A DNA stretch of 64,000 bases. Origin: an uncultured Candidatus Saccharibacteria bacterium. GTDB lineage: Bacteria > Patescibacteriota > UBA1384 > XYA2-FULL-43-10 > 1-14-0-10-43-13. Where the stretch lies: positions 64,450-128,449 of the forward strand of contig CAZVMH010000001.1 in assembly GCA_964628585.1 (NCBI GenBank), given 5' to 3'. Shown here piece by piece: positions 1 through 8,532 of this stretch. Each line of letters begins with the position of its first letter. Position 1 is the stretch's first letter. A program made the position numbers and the translations under genes. The notes under the pieces were generated by a model. The model searched no databases. It worked only from the letters and a program-made list of their open reading frames with translations, and was not told where the DNA came from.

Positions 1-58
1 AAAACGATATGGTTACTATACAACTTCTCCACAAAATTGCAAATAAAATATAGCAAAA

Positions 59-85
59 CCCCTCCCCCCGGTCTGGGGGGAGGGG
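59..85 (-). terminator. Intrinsic terminator of the peptide-rSAM-MTAP operon
   Basis: CCCCTCCCCCC-ggtct-GGGGGGAGGGG 11-bp stem; aaaa on + gives a U-tail on -; lies 10 nt past the MTAP stop. Confidence 0.8.
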
Positions 86-95
86 CGATTGCGCT

Positions 96-920
96 CTACT
101 TCTTGTAGTACTCGCGGTATGTCTCGGTGCAGTCACATTCGGTCTGTCTGTCGTCCGATAGTGCTGGCAGAACTTTGAGGAGCAGTTCTTTACCGAGCTC
201 GATGTTTCGGTGGAAGATGGGGAGTATCTCTTCCATCTTTCCGGGAGCTATTTGAAGCTCGTGCCGAACGCCAGGGTCGTAGTCCGTGATCATCGCTATG
301 CTTCCGTAGCAGATCCCGAGCATCCTGGCAAAATAGCACTCGGGATACTGTGTCATGTTCACAATGTCCCAGCCATTCCTGATGAAGTAGCTGCTCTCTG
401 CCAGGGTGGAGAACCGAGGTCCCTGAATCACAACCACGGTTTTGTCCTGATGGACCTTAATCCCGAGAAAGTTAGCCTCTTCACTGATCACTCTGCTGAC
501 GGTCGGACAGTAAGGGTTGGCCATGGGAGTGTGAACGACCAGGCCGTCCTGATCGAAGTTATCGTCACGTCCATAGGTTAGATTGACGAACTGACTTGGA
601 ACCACGAAGCTTCCTGGTTCTATCTCCTGCCTCAGGCTTCCGGCGATGCATGTCGCCAGAATCGCATTGACTCCTAAAGACTGGAGTGCAGCGATGTTCG
701 CCATGTATGGGATCCTGTGGGGAGGAATCGAGTGTTCTGGTCCATGTCTGGGCAAGAAGGCGATGGGTACTCCTCCATATCTCCCGAGGATGATTTCATC
801 AGAGGGCAACCCGTACATCGTATTTGGTCGCACCCTGTTATCAACCTCGAGCTCAGGCAGTTTGCATAGCCCCGAGCCACCAATCACTGCGATTCTGGCT
901 TTCTGTGTGCTCAATCTCAT
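96..920 (-). CDS. mtnP: S-methyl-5'-thioadenosine phosphorylase (MTAP/PNP family 2)
   Basis: IAVIGGSG, FLPRHG.HSIPPH, QGPRFST.AES, DIVNMT..PE and ITDYD motifs; overlaps the rSAM stop by 4 nt. Confidence 0.9.
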   Translation of the reverse strand: MRLSTQKARIAVIGGSGLCKLPELEVDNRVRPNTMYGLPSDEIILGRYGGVPIAFLPRHGPEHSIPPHRIPYMANIAALQSLGVNAILATCIAGSLRQEIEPGSFVVPSQFVNLTYGRDDNFDQDGLVVHTPMANPYCPTVSRVISEEANFLGIKVHQDKTVVVIQGPRFSTLAESSYFIRNGWDIVNMTQYPECYFARMLGICYGSIAMITDYDPGVRHELQIAPGKMEEILPIFHRNIELGKELLLKVLPALSDDRQTECDCTETYREYYKK

Positions 921-2257
921 ACTCCTTTGTCATTCAGCCAGAGAAGATAGTCGAAAGCCTCCTCGGCGAATATGGTTGACGCTAGGTCCTGTTCCATATA
1001 GTCGCCAGAAAGCTCAATGTTGTTCCATGCACAACCGCCTCCGCAAAGGCTTTTGGCATCTAATTCATCGTATGCCGGGTTGAAGATTGGCAGGCGTTGT
1101 CTCCATTGCTGGGCAGTCTCCGACTGCCAGATCCTGAAGTTCGTGCCTACCAGTTCGGTGACATCTCCCATATCATTGCGGTAGAAAGGACAGTTTGTCA
1201 CTTGACCGTTTGGCTGAACCACAATCTGGCTACCGTAGCAGGTGCAGTCAACGGGGAAGAAGTTCTTGCCCGTGAGACCAGAGTACTTCTTCTCCATCTG
1301 AAACTCAAAGTCGGTCCTGTCCTGATTTTGGAAACCCCTGATCATTGCCTGGGCAGCTTGCCTGTAGAAGGTCTCCGCGTCAACGCCTGGATAATCCGCT
1401 AATGCACGCCCTTTGAGAAGGTTGAAGCCAAACTTCTCGACTCCCAGTTCCACGAGAGTCTGATAGTAGCTATCCACCACCTCGATGTTGTCCGGGGTGA
1501 TGCTGACAGATGCACAGGTTGTAATGTTGTTGCTGACCAGTATCTTTATCGCTTCGATGACCTGATCGGTCGAATTGGTCGGTTGTTGTGCCTGTCGAGC
1601 TCGATTGTGCTTGGCATCAAATCCGTCGATTCCAACCGAAACGATCACGTCATGTTTCTGACACAGACCGATCGTTTTGTCATCAATGAGCAGACCGTTG
1701 GTCGCAATCATCTTTCTGATGCTGCCTGGCAAGAGGCCACCCTGTTGCAGTTCGTGGAGATACTCGAGAGTATTGGTGATAATCGGCATATTCAGCAGCG
1801 GCTCACCGCCGTAGAAGATCACATAATAGTCTCTGTTCTCGTCGTACAGCTCTGCCAGATGTTCTCTCCATAGCCACACTCCTGCTCGAGCATGCGTGTC
1901 GGTCATGTTGATTGGCCCATACTGATCGGCCAAGCTGGGAACCGGGCAGTAGCTACATGCCAGGTTGCAGTGTTGAGCTGTCAAGAGATAAAGGATGATG
2001 GTCTGGTTGAGGTTCTGGTTGGTGCGCTGTTGAACCATCCTCAATTCTGCCTGGTCTTCCTCTTGTCTACTTATCAAAAGTCGTTTCTCCACCAGCACAG
2101 TTGCCAATGGGGAGGCAAAATCCGGGTGTTCCAGAAAGGAATCCCAGGATCTTGCGGTCAGAAAGATCGGCTCGGGGTGCAGTTCGTGAAAGATGGCTAC
2201 ACGGGTCCCTCGCCTGCGCTCCCTGAGGTATTTAGAGAAGAGCAATCTACTGTTCAA
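917..2257 (-). CDS. Radical SAM/SPASM-domain protein, peptide-maturase type
   Basis: CNLACSYC, FYGGEPLL, ATNG, VGIDG; C-terminal CTC..IVVQPNGQVTNC and LCGGGC; ~85-aa N-terminal extension that may be an RRE. Confidence 0.88.
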   Translation of the reverse strand: MNSRLLFSKYLRERRRGTRVAIFHELHPEPIFLTARSWDSFLEHPDFASPLATVLVEKRLLISRQEEDQAELRMVQQRTNQNLNQTIILYLLTAQHCNLACSYCPVPSLADQYGPINMTDTHARAGVWLWREHLAELYDENRDYYVIFYGGEPLLNMPIITNTLEYLHELQQGGLLPGSIRKMIATNGLLIDDKTIGLCQKHDVIVSVGIDGFDAKHNRARQAQQPTNSTDQVIEAIKILVSNNITTCASVSITPDNIEVVDSYYQTLVELGVEKFGFNLLKGRALADYPGVDAETFYRQAAQAMIRGFQNQDRTDFEFQMEKKYSGLTGKNFFPVDCTCYGSQIVVQPNGQVTNCPFYRNDMGDVTELVGTNFRIWQSETAQQWRQRLPIFNPAYDELDAKSLCGGGCAWNNIELSGDYMEQDLASTIFAEEAFDYLLWLNDKGV

Positions 2258-2298
2258 GGATCCTGATTCCTTTCCTGTTTATTAAAGAACAATGAAAC

Positions 2299-2330
2299 GG
2301 CCCAGCTGGAATAACCTCTCCAACTGGGCC
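2299..2330 (-). terminator. Hairpin between the small peptide gene and rSAM (attenuator or mRNA stabiliser)
   Basis: GGCCCAGcTGGA-ataacctc-TCCAaCTGGGCC inverted repeat. Confidence 0.6.
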
Positions 2331-2344
2331 CTGCGTCTTCTTCG

Positions 2345-2536
2345 CTAGCGCGCGGTCTTGCCGAGCTCGGCGAACTCTGCTCTGGTGAGCGTGATCTTGC
2401 CGCCGTGGTCGTCTGTGATCGTGACCTCGCTTGTCTTAATCACCGCCTGCGGGCAACACCCCTGGACACCACACATTGTGACGATCGTCGGATCCGCGTC
2501 TGTTCCGGAACCTTTCCTGTCCTGAAGCTTCTTCAT
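2345..2536 (-). CDS. 63-aa Cys-containing small protein; candidate rSAM substrate or partner
   Basis: Strong SD GGGAGGTGA before the ATG, its own promoter, CGVQGCCP motif, first gene of the rSAM operon. Confidence 0.75.
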   Translation of the reverse strand: MKKLQDRKGSGTDADPTIVTMCGVQGCCPQAVIKTSEVTITDDHGGKITLTRAEFAELGKTAR

Positions 2537-2585
2537 CTTGAATCACCTCCCTTGCCGATGAAGACGGCACCTAATCTCAGATTAC

Positions 2586-2613
2586 ATAATACCACAGTTG
2601 GCTGTACTGTCAA
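2586..2613 (-). promoter_or_regulatory. Sigma70-type promoter of the peptide-rSAM-MTAP operon
   Basis: TTGACA-16 nt-TATTAT with extended TG. Confidence 0.65.
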
Positions 2614-2619
2614 CGCCAA

Positions 2620-4302
2620 TCAACAAATATCATTGCCCCTAGGTTTATCGACACCGATACTTTCCAGATACGACTGAAGATCGCTCAGTTCCTTGACTGA
2701 GCCATCCTCGATCATAAATAGCTTGTTGGCGGAGATAGTCTCAAGGAAATGGCGATCATGCGAGACGAAGATCACCGTACCCTTGTAAGTGGAAAGAACC
2801 TTCTCGAGTGCATCTAATGCATCAACATCGAGATGATTAGTTGGCTCATCTAGCACAAGTACATTAGCAGAATTGAGTGAAAAGAGTGACATTGCCAGTC
2901 TGGCCCTTTCTCCAGGACTGATTTCACCAATCTCTTTTGTACTGATTGCTTCTGGTGTGAAGTTGAAGTTGGCCAGGACATGATAGAGCTCGGTTATACT
3001 TGACAAAGAACCGTCTCGAAGGAAATCGAGCACGTTCATGTTCCTTGGCATATCTCCGTGAGTCTGTGTGAGATTGCCGAATACAACCGATGGACTTATC
3101 CTGACTATGCCGCTAATAGGCGACAGTTCTCCGGTAATTGTTCGGAGTAGGGTAGATTTACCCGTTCCGTTTTTCCCGATGAAGCCAATCCTCTGTCCAA
3201 AACCAATCTCAAGAGAAACTGGTTCTAAAGCAAAGCCATCTTTGTAACCCACTACTGCTCGACGAAGACGAATTGCAGTATCTGCTTCGCTATGCTTTGG
3301 CGCTAGGGGAATTATGGTGGGTTCTCTGTCGCGCTTCAGCTTTACGAGTTTGATGCCAGAAATCTGCTGTTCGATTGCCTTTGCTTTGGCCGCCGACTTG
3401 CCAGAACGATCTCTTTGGGCACCGCGAACAAACTTATCGTTGTCGCGAGTATCCTGTCTGCTTCCCTGGTCGCTCCATGACTTGATCTGGCGAGCACTTT
3501 CTTCTAGTCGAACGATCTCGTCTTTTTGTCTTTCGTGTTCTAGCTGGTCTCTTCTCATCTTTGCTAATCTGCGGTCGATATAACAGGAATAGTTACCTGC
3601 GTATTCGACAAGATTGCGATCATACCAATCGATCTCGAAGACCTTGCTCACTATTTTGTCCAAAAAGTAGCGGTCATGAGAAACGATCAAGCAAGCAGCT
3701 TTGCATGAAGACAGAAAAGATTCAAGCCACACGATAGATGGTAAGTCGAGATTGTTGGTTGGCTCATCGAGGAGCAAGACGTCCTTACCTTGAAGGAGTG
3801 TTCCTGCTAGAGCTACCTTGGAGCGCTGACCTCCACTCAATGTTGATATTTGTCGACTTGGTTCAATTCCAGCCAGTCCAAGTCCGGCCAAAACTTTGGC
3901 CATGGTGTGATCAAAGTCGTAGCCATCATTATCCATATAGAGCTGAAGTGTATTGGAATACTCCTCGGCCTTTTCTGGATCATCGAGCTGACCAGCAAGT
4001 ACTTCTAGTTGGTCTTCGAGCTCAGCGATTCCGACAAATTCCTTGAGATACCTCTCTATGGTCAGTCCTGTCTTTCCAAGAACTATCTCCTGAGGAAGGT
4101 AACCTAAGCGCCTTTCGGCACTTATTTGGACGTTGCCAGAATCGGGCTCCTCCAACCCTGCCAAAATCTTAAGCAGGGTAGACTTTCCACTTCCGTTTGA
4201 GCCAACAATTGCCACTTTCTGTCCAAGATTAAGGAAGAAAGAGACATCGACAAGAACATCTTGGCCCGCGTAGGACTTTGAAATGTTGTTAGCTGATATC
4301 AT
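2620..4302 (-). CDS. ABC-F family ATPase (ribosome-associated, possibly antibiotic-resistance type)
   Basis: Two NBDs (GSNGSGKS/LSGGQ/LLLDEPTNNLD and GKNGTGKS/LDEPTNHLD), no TM segments, long inter-domain linker. Confidence 0.9.
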   Translation of the reverse strand: MISANNISKSYAGQDVLVDVSFFLNLGQKVAIVGSNGSGKSTLLKILAGLEEPDSGNVQISAERRLGYLPQEIVLGKTGLTIERYLKEFVGIAELEDQLEVLAGQLDDPEKAEEYSNTLQLYMDNDGYDFDHTMAKVLAGLGLAGIEPSRQISTLSGGQRSKVALAGTLLQGKDVLLLDEPTNNLDLPSIVWLESFLSSCKAACLIVSHDRYFLDKIVSKVFEIDWYDRNLVEYAGNYSCYIDRRLAKMRRDQLEHERQKDEIVRLEESARQIKSWSDQGSRQDTRDNDKFVRGAQRDRSGKSAAKAKAIEQQISGIKLVKLKRDREPTIIPLAPKHSEADTAIRLRRAVVGYKDGFALEPVSLEIGFGQRIGFIGKNGTGKSTLLRTITGELSPISGIVRISPSVVFGNLTQTHGDMPRNMNVLDFLRDGSLSSITELYHVLANFNFTPEAISTKEIGEISPGERARLAMSLFSLNSANVLVLDEPTNHLDVDALDALEKVLSTYKGTVIFVSHDRHFLETISANKLFMIEDGSVKELSDLQSYLESIGVDKPRGNDIC

Positions 4303-4439
4303 CAGTTCTTCCTTTCCTCGAAATTTCGAGAGATGCCACGCTCTTGCGAGTCGTCAAGCAATGTTAACATAATATTTATTTAATTACAACACAAAATAAA
4401 GAATATTGCTATACTTTACGATAAGCATTTTTTAGAAAA

Positions 4440-4979
4440 TTATTCCAATACGTGATTGAGGATCTTTTTAACAGTTTCTTCAGGAGATAGAGTGCTATCA
4501 TCGATTACAAAAGAGTCGACAAAGGGGACGGTTTTGTCTGTTTTATGTTTAGCCTCAATGTTTTCTAATATATTTTTGTCGGTTAATTTCTTAAACTCTT
4601 TTCTTGAAGGCAAGTTTAAGCGTTTTAATTGTTCTTCTTTGGAACATTCCAGCTTAACAAAAACTGTTTTACCTGTTTTATTGATATTTATCATTTTCTT
4701 TATGAAGTCATCATCATATTTTCCCTCAAAAGTTTCAAGACCGTAGGCGTAAGTCATAATCAGACCGGACAACTTATTTTTTACACATAGCTCAATTATT
4801 TGAAGTCGTATGCTGGTCGCGAGTTCGGAATATTGTATTGTTCCTGACTCAAAAATAGAACCAGCCAAATCGGCGGTCAGGTGATTGTGAAATAATTTGT
4901 AACCAGTTTTGTCTTGGAGTGCTTTTGCAACGGTATATTTACCGGTTGCTGGGGCTCCATAAATAAATATCAATTCCAT
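4440..4979 (-). CDS. P-loop kinase (shikimate/nucleotide kinase-like, AAA_33)
   Basis: IYGAPATGKYT Walker A; LFHNHL motif. Confidence 0.75.
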   Translation of the reverse strand: MELIFIYGAPATGKYTVAKALQDKTGYKLFHNHLTADLAGSIFESGTIQYSELATSIRLQIIELCVKNKLSGLIMTYAYGLETFEGKYDDDFIKKMININKTGKTVFVKLECSKEEQLKRLNLPSRKEFKKLTDKNILENIEAKHKTDKTVPFVDSFVIDDSTLSPEETVKKILNHVLE

Positions 4980-5068
4980 ACAATTTTTATACCATTTATT
5001 ATAATTGTTGTCTATCTATCTTGCGTTCTGTTAAACTAAAAGCGGACAGTATTAGAAGGATAAGAAAG

Positions 5069-5160
5069 ATGAGAACAAATAAGAGAGCAGTTGGAATTAT
5101 AACAAAAGATGGTAAAATACTTCTTTTTAGGCGAGTCAAAGACAACGAAGAATATTTTTC
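5069..5160 (+). pseudogene. 5' fragment of a Nudix hydrolase
   Basis: MRTNKRAVGIITKDGKILLFRRVKDNEEYF is a typical Nudix N-terminus that stops before the Nudix box and runs into antisense idi. Confidence 0.55.
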
Positions 5161-5607
5161 TGGACTATTTTTTATATCTTCAATTAGCTCTTTCCAGTTT
5201 GTCCACTTCCAGTCGGAAGCTTCTTCGGGGTTTAATTCTGGTTCTTTATCGTATCTTCCGACAAAAACATGATCGTATTCGTATTCAGTTAACTTTCCCA
5301 AATTTGCTTTGTAAGTGAAAGAAAAGGTCTCTTTTAGCTCGGTATCTAAACCCATCTCTTCTTTTAATCTTCGGTGGGCCACATCAACAGTCTCTTCGCT
5401 TGGCGCCGGGTGACTGCAACAGGTATTGGTCCACAAGCCAGGAGAGTGATATTTTTCATCTGCTCGTTTTTGCAACATCAACTCGTCTTTCGAATTGAAA
5501 ACAAAGATTGAAAAACATCGGTGCAGTTTTCCATCTCGATGAACTTGCATCTTTTCTCCCGTCCCGATTTCCCTGTCATTCTCATCAACCAAGATTATGT
5601 CGTTCAT
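5150..5607 (-). CDS. idi: Type 1 isopentenyl-diphosphate isomerase, C-terminally clipped, in frame within ORF 4999..6546
   Basis: Own ATG at 5607 with GGAG SD; ILVDENDREIG, H..GKLHRCFSIF, LQKRA..KYHSPGLWTNTCCSHP, EYEYDHVF, LNPEE motifs. Confidence 0.8.
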
Positions 5608-6546
5608 TTTTAGTATTCTCCGCTTTGAAAAAATACCTGTGAATATTGGGACAGGCAGAAGAGCGAATCCTGCTTGAATTGGACTCCAGCCCAAAGTATT
5701 TTGGAGGAAGAAGGTAAGAACAAAAGACATGCCAATTACAGAAACCATTACAATAAAACTTATTATGTTTGAGGCGGTAAAGGTTTGATTCTGGAAGAGA
5801 TGAAAATCAAGCAGAGAATTTTTTAATCGCTTCTGGTAATAGTAAAGGGCTACCAAAAATAGAAAACCTAAAATCAGAAACAGTTTATTGATTTGTGATA
5901 ACGATAGGGCGATAGTAACAAGTCCAAGAGCAAGAAGCGCCACACTACCATAATCGAGTTTAATTTCTTTATTAGCTGGTAGATCTGGAATATATTTGGA
6001 TGAAATGATTAAGCCTACAATGACAAGTGGAACATTAATTAAAAATAATAAGTGCCAGCCGTAAAACTGACCAATATTAATATTTGACAACATTCCGCCA
6101 ATAATGGGACCGACTAACATACCAGCGGCAAATGTTCCAGCGGTTACAGCAAAAGCTTTCTCTCGTTCTTTCCAGAGATGGGCAATAATTGCCATTGGCA
6201 TAGTATATAGAATAGCAATCGAAATACCTTGGACTGCACGTAATGCAATCATTATTTCAATATTACTGATAAACCCGAGCACTAAAGACGATAGTCCGAA
6301 AAGAGATAGGCCCCAAATATACAATTTTTTAGGTCCAATTTTGTCACCCAATTTGCCCATAAAAATCAAAAAAATTATCAAGGCAAGGGTGAGGGCATTT
6401 GGTATCCATTGGGTGAGAGAAATAGGAATATCTAATGTAGAAGTGATTTTTGGCAAAGCAACATTTAACCCCGTGCTGTCTATGGCACCGAGAAGGTCGG
6501 CAGTTGCAACAGCAACAAGAATAAGGGTTAAATTATTTTTTTTCAT
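5608..6546 (-). pseudogene. DHA2-type MFS efflux transporter, truncated after ~9 TMs and joined to idi
   Basis: D.T.LNVALP, GKLGDKIGPKK, GP.IGG, FLINVP, QNTLGWSP motifs; MFS similarity stops at ...PIFTGIFSKRR. Confidence 0.75.
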
Positions 6547-7345
6547 CAGGTGTAAGCATTAAGTTTGGGTCAAACATTACATATTCAGGGGCAACCTTGA
6601 CTGGTAATCCCAGCGCGACTCTTTTAGCTGCAATTACTGTCAAGGCCGAAAGAATATATGACGCAGAGACTGGCTGTGGGAAGTGCGGGAGTTTTCCTTC
6701 AGTAAATTCCATTGCAATTTTTTGAACATATGGAGGCATAATTTTTACAAAGAATTCAATGAATTTCTCAAATGCAACTACATTATCAACTTTGTCCATT
6801 GGGGTTTTAGGGTCTAGGCCAATCATTTTTTCATAAGAAATTGAATCAGGAGTAAATACTTGTATCATAGCCCCCCAACCAACATCGGTAGGCTGAATCA
6901 CGGATTTCTTATACTTCTGTGCCGCTCTATGCATTGCCAACACTGCTATTGCAGCATCGGGGTCAATTGTGTCAATTACAATGTCGGACTTTCTTACAAG
7001 CCTTTCTGCGTTTTTTGCATCAACAAAAATCGGGAACTTCTTAATCTTTGCATGGGGATTAATTGCTCTAATTTTACGAGCCAGGGCATCAACTTTAAAT
7101 TTTCCAACATCACGCCACGTGTACCCCTGCCGGTTATTGTTAGAAATTTCGATCGTATCGCCATCGACTAATATAAACCTTTCGAATCCAATACGAGTAG
7201 CAGAGAGTGCAACTTGAGAACCGACACCGCATCCAGCAATTAAGAGTGTTGTGTCGCTAATTTTTTGCTGTTCTTCTTCTGTTAACAGCCCTAGATTCCG
7301 AGAATGATGTTCTTTTTGAAAGAGTTCTTTATCAATCTTTGGCAT
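6533..7345 (-). CDS. ThiF/MoeB/HesA-family adenylyltransferase
   Basis: LIAGCGVGS, LVDGDTIEISNNNRQ, GKFKV, INP, IVIDTID; no Zn-binding CxxC pairs. Confidence 0.88.
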   Translation of the reverse strand: MPKIDKELFQKEHHSRNLGLLTEEEQQKISDTTLLIAGCGVGSQVALSATRIGFERFILVDGDTIEISNNNRQGYTWRDVGKFKVDALARKIRAINPHAKIKKFPIFVDAKNAERLVRKSDIVIDTIDPDAAIAVLAMHRAAQKYKKSVIQPTDVGWGAMIQVFTPDSISYEKMIGLDPKTPMDKVDNVVAFEKFIEFFVKIMPPYVQKIAMEFTEGKLPHFPQPVSASYILSALTVIAAKRVALGLPVKVAPEYVMFDPNLMLTPDEKK

Positions 7346-7435
7346 GATGTTTTTTATAAATAATTAGATAGCATAAATTTATCACTATCGGTCTACAAAA
7401 GCAATGAAATCGCGTTCATTGTTGATATCTTAGTG

Positions 7436-7464
7436 TTGACGAAAAATATCTGGCTTGTTAGAAT
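7436..7464 (+). promoter_or_regulatory. Sigma70 promoter driving a short non-coding transcript
   Basis: TTGACG-17 nt-TAGAAT with extended TG. Confidence 0.6.
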
Positions 7465-7470
7465 AGCTAA

Positions 7471-7575
7471 GTCGCTCAAAATGCTAGCCACTGACGACTC
7501 GGCGCCATTGGTGCTAGAAATATATCGGTCATCTGACCAAAAATGGCATGCTGAATTCATCAGTGTGCCATTTTC
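7471..7575 (+). ncRNA. Candidate small structured RNA with a hammerhead-like core
   Basis: CTGACGA...hairpin...GAAATATATC between a promoter and a 15-bp terminator hairpin (7540-7574); no credible ORF. Confidence 0.35.
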
Positions 7576-7703
7576 GTTATGCAAGATTTAGTTTTTTTGT
7601 AGAACAAAATAAGGGGCACTTACGAGCGCGCCTTATTTAAATATTTGTTTGTTTGTGGTACATTATTGGTGCTAGGATTTAATTAATTAAGCATAATAAA
7701 ACT

Positions 7704-8453
7704 ATGATCACTCAAATTTGTGGAAAGAAGAGAGCAGTATTATTTCCTGCCAAATCACAATCAGATAAATTCGTCCTGTTCTTAACTGGTTTCCCAAAAT
7801 ATCCCGCATCCAACAACTTTATCGATTTTTTTGTTGAGAATAATTACAACGTGATTTGCCCTCTCTACACGGGAACTTTTGATAGTATGGGAGATTTTTC
7901 GATTAGTAATTGTATTGAGGATGTTAGGGATTGGTTTAACTTTATTAAAAAGGGAGAGTATTTTTTTGGGCCTCAAAGGCCAAAGCAAGAGATTGAAGCA
8001 TCGGAGATAGTGTTTTTCTCTCACAGTTTCGGCTCCTACATTTTGGACTTGGCACTTCGAAAATATGATTTTGAAGGTGTTGAAAAAACGATGTTTGTTT
8101 CTCCTCTTAGTAGGCCCAACAATCATCAAACTCAAGAAAGTGGTAAAATCTCCAAAACGACTGAAGAAATGGTGGCTCGGAACTATCCTCTTTCCTATAG
8201 ATTTGGAAATAAATCAGAATTTTTTGGCGAAATTGCTGGAGACGTGATCAATCCATTGTCTTCAGAAAAAATTAAGTCTAGCAAATTGAAAGCACTCGTA
8301 CTGGTCGGAGACCAAGATCAGGTGACACCAAAGGAAATGGCCACATCTTTGGCCCAAGATTATCCGGGGAGCACTCTGAAAATTATTGGCGGCGGCCATT
8401 CTTCATCGATTGATTTTGTGGCGGCCTCCAAGTTAATCGAAGAATTTATATAA
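7704..8453 (+). CDS. Alpha/beta hydrolase
   Basis: SHSFG nucleophile elbow, GDQDQVTP, GGGH. Confidence 0.8.
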   Translation: MITQICGKKRAVLFPAKSQSDKFVLFLTGFPKYPASNNFIDFFVENNYNVICPLYTGTFDSMGDFSISNCIEDVRDWFNFIKKGEYFFGPQRPKQEIEASEIVFFSHSFGSYILDLALRKYDFEGVEKTMFVSPLSRPNNHQTQESGKISKTTEEMVARNYPLSYRFGNKSEFFGEIAGDVINPLSSEKIKSSKLKALVLVGDQDQVTPKEMATSLAQDYPGSTLKIIGGGHSSSIDFVAASKLIEEFI

Positions 8454-8477
8454 TATAATTTAAATTGTAACATAAAA

Positions 8478-8505
8478 GAAAGGCGTTGCTCTCGCAACGC
8501 CTTTC
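8478..8505 (-). terminator. Terminator after tyrS (probably bidirectional)
   Basis: GAAAGGCGTTGC-tctc-GCAACGCCTTTC with an A-run on its left. Confidence 0.8.
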
Positions 8506-8532
8506 GGTGTGTTTTCCTCCCTTTGATTCTGG

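Noticed and set aside
7393-7419. Micro-ORF MNAISLLL upstream of ThiF as a microcin C-like precursor
   Set aside because: No SD, no C-terminal Asn, and the ThiF lacks the MccB N-terminal peptide-binding region
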